Part shown: piece after piece, positions 62,954 to 64,000 of the stretch
How positions within the stretch are numbered: position 1 is the stretch's first letter
How the letters are laid out: every line of letters begins with the position of its first letter
DNA from: Candidatus Poribacteria bacterium
GTDB taxonomy: Bacteria > Poribacteria > WGA-4E > WGA-3G
Direction of reading: 5' to 3'
Assembly (NCBI GenBank): GCA_003635255.1
Contig: PYJC01000090.1
Span: 7,880-71,879 of the forward strand
Length of the DNA stretch: 64,000 nucleotides
Notes under the pieces: generated by a model
Database searches by the model: none
The model's input: the letters and a program-made list of their open reading frames with translations, nothing else
What the model was told of the DNA's origin: nothing
Made by a program: the position numbers and the translations under genes

Positions 62954-64000
62954 AAAAAGCAGCTTTCTCTTTAGGATTATGTCTCCTCACCTTTATACAT
63001 CTCGGAGCGGGTTCCCTCTGCGCCCAGCTTCAGACCGAATTCGGACAGAGTCTCCTTGAAAAGGAACCTGAAAAACCCGAAACCGAATCTGCAGAATTGA
63101 TACTCGACGCTCATTTTTCCAACACTTTTAACAATCATATTGAACTCGGATTGAGCGTCGATCCCTACACAAGTAGTCTCGCTGGAGAAGACGACCCCCA
63201 ACTTATAGGCTTAATTAACCGCATCGGTGTCACCTTAGGCGGCGATTTACCGGTCGTCGATAAACTTCGATTCAGGTTACAATATACCCCGCAAGTTGAA
63301 AACTACAACGGTGCAGAAGGCAAACTCGATGAATTCGACGCGTTCAGTAATCTACTCTCCACTGAACTGAGTTTTCAGCCAATTCCGAATTTACCACCGC
63401 TTGTTGCTTCATATCAGCTGCAACGCCTCACCCGAACCTCAAATGTCTATAACAACATGGAGCAGCAATTCGGTTTCCGCTTCGGACGTGTGCTGGCATA
63501 TAACTTCCGCTTACATCGGTTTGACGATGAAGAGAGCCGTAGAGAAGATTTCCTACTTGTCGGTTCTAACAACCATAAAATGACTAGCCGACTGCAATTT
63601 GGAATTCTCAAACAGATGCTCGGTAAACTGGAATACACGGTAGAGCATGGCAGCTATCAAACCAATTTGAACAATCTGATCTTAGGGATCACAGGACTTG
63701 AAGAGAACGAACGCCGAAACGATTTGCGACATATCGGCACCGCGAAACTCATACAGGTAGCAACTGAACGGCTCATGTTTCAAGAGGAGATTAACCTATT
63801 TTTCAACCGTTCCAATGTTGATTTTTTTAATTTCGTTAGTACTGAGATGGCAGCGAGTTCCTTTTACCGACTCGAAGCTGGACGGTGGCTCCGGCTTCGG
63901 TTCTCCAGACTGTGGGTAACGTTTGAAGGTAGACAGATTCTGGAAGAATCGGGACTTGTCACGGAAGGGACGCCAAATCGTCAGGATACACAGATCGGCG
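62950..64000 (+). CDS. secreted protein (possibly outer-membrane), N-terminal 350 aa; continues beyond the right edge
   Basis: Absent from the ORF track (no stop in the window). ATG 62950 overlaps the upstream TGA (ATGA). My translation MKKAAFSLGLCLLTFIHLGAGSLCA-QLQTEFGQSLLEKEPEKPE... stays open to 64000. Signal peptide present. Confidence 0.7.
   Translation, partial: MKKAAFSLGLCLLTFIHLGAGSLCAQLQTEFGQSLLEKEPEKPETESAELILDAHFSNTFNNHIELGLSVDPYTSSLAGEDDPQLIGLINRIGVTLGGDLPVVDKLRFRLQYTPQVENYNGAEGKLDEFDAFSNLLSTELSFQPIPNLPPLVASYQLQRLTRTSNVYNNMEQQFGFRFGRVLAYNFRLHRFDDEESRREDFLLVGSNNHKMTSRLQFGILKQMLGKLEYTVEHGSYQTNLNNLILGITGLEENERRNDLRHIGTAKLIQVATERLMFQEEINLFFNRSNVDFFNFVSTEMAASSFYRLEAGRWLRLRFSRLWVTFEGRQILEESGLVTEGTPNRQDTQIG

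Overview
Bacterial chromosomal window. I call 48 protein-coding genes (two run off the window edges) and found no rRNA, tRNA or CRISPR array. All similarity statements come from reading the translations and DNA by eye; no searches were run.

Positions 1-57.7 kb are transcribed almost entirely on the minus strand. After an AT-rich 340-bp gap (57659-57997) the genes switch to the plus strand.

Content from left to right:
(i) A co-oriented block of secreted or envelope proteins of unknown function: two tandem ~830-aa paralogs, a prenyltransferase/squalene-oxidase-repeat protein, and four tandem paralogs that fuse a carboxypeptidase-regulatory-like beta-sandwich to a helical LTxxQ-like domain.
(ii) A MoxR / DUF58 / BatA-VWA aerotolerance-type cluster.
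(iii) Carbohydrate and uronate-type genes: CotH, an enolase-superfamily enzyme translationally coupled to a LamG + GH67-like + beta-helix protein, an alpha/beta hydrolase, a LamG protein, an ECF sigma factor, an MFS transporter, Gfo/Idh/MocA enzymes, a mannitol-dehydrogenase-family enzyme, a GT4 glycosyltransferase and a RimK-type ATP-grasp ligase.
(iv) An accessory islet: an HNH-less IscB homolog (IsrB-type OMEGA nuclease) with a structured upstream leader, a decayed PIN toxin whose partner gene survives, and a fusion of an archaeal-adenylate-kinase-like domain to a nucleoside-2-deoxyribosyltransferase-like domain.
(v) PhyH dioxygenase, SppA, a 1.07-kb ORF-free region, a lipoprotein, two WD40-dockerin proteins, hslVU and an ArsA-Hsp20 fusion.
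(vi) thiO-thiS and thiG, separated by a HEPN/MNT toxin-antitoxin pair and repeats, then an intact PIN module.

The most unusual sequence-level property is the density of intergenic repeat families:
- inverted arrays of tandem heptamers (CAGTTRT type) that form long hairpins between genes;
- a conserved ACCGAACCGCAAGGAAA translation-leader module, sometimes tandemly duplicated and read into ORFs;
- REP-like units with covarying stems;
- several MITE-like cores.

The lineage guess (PVC- or Poribacteria-like) rests on gene content only and is inference.
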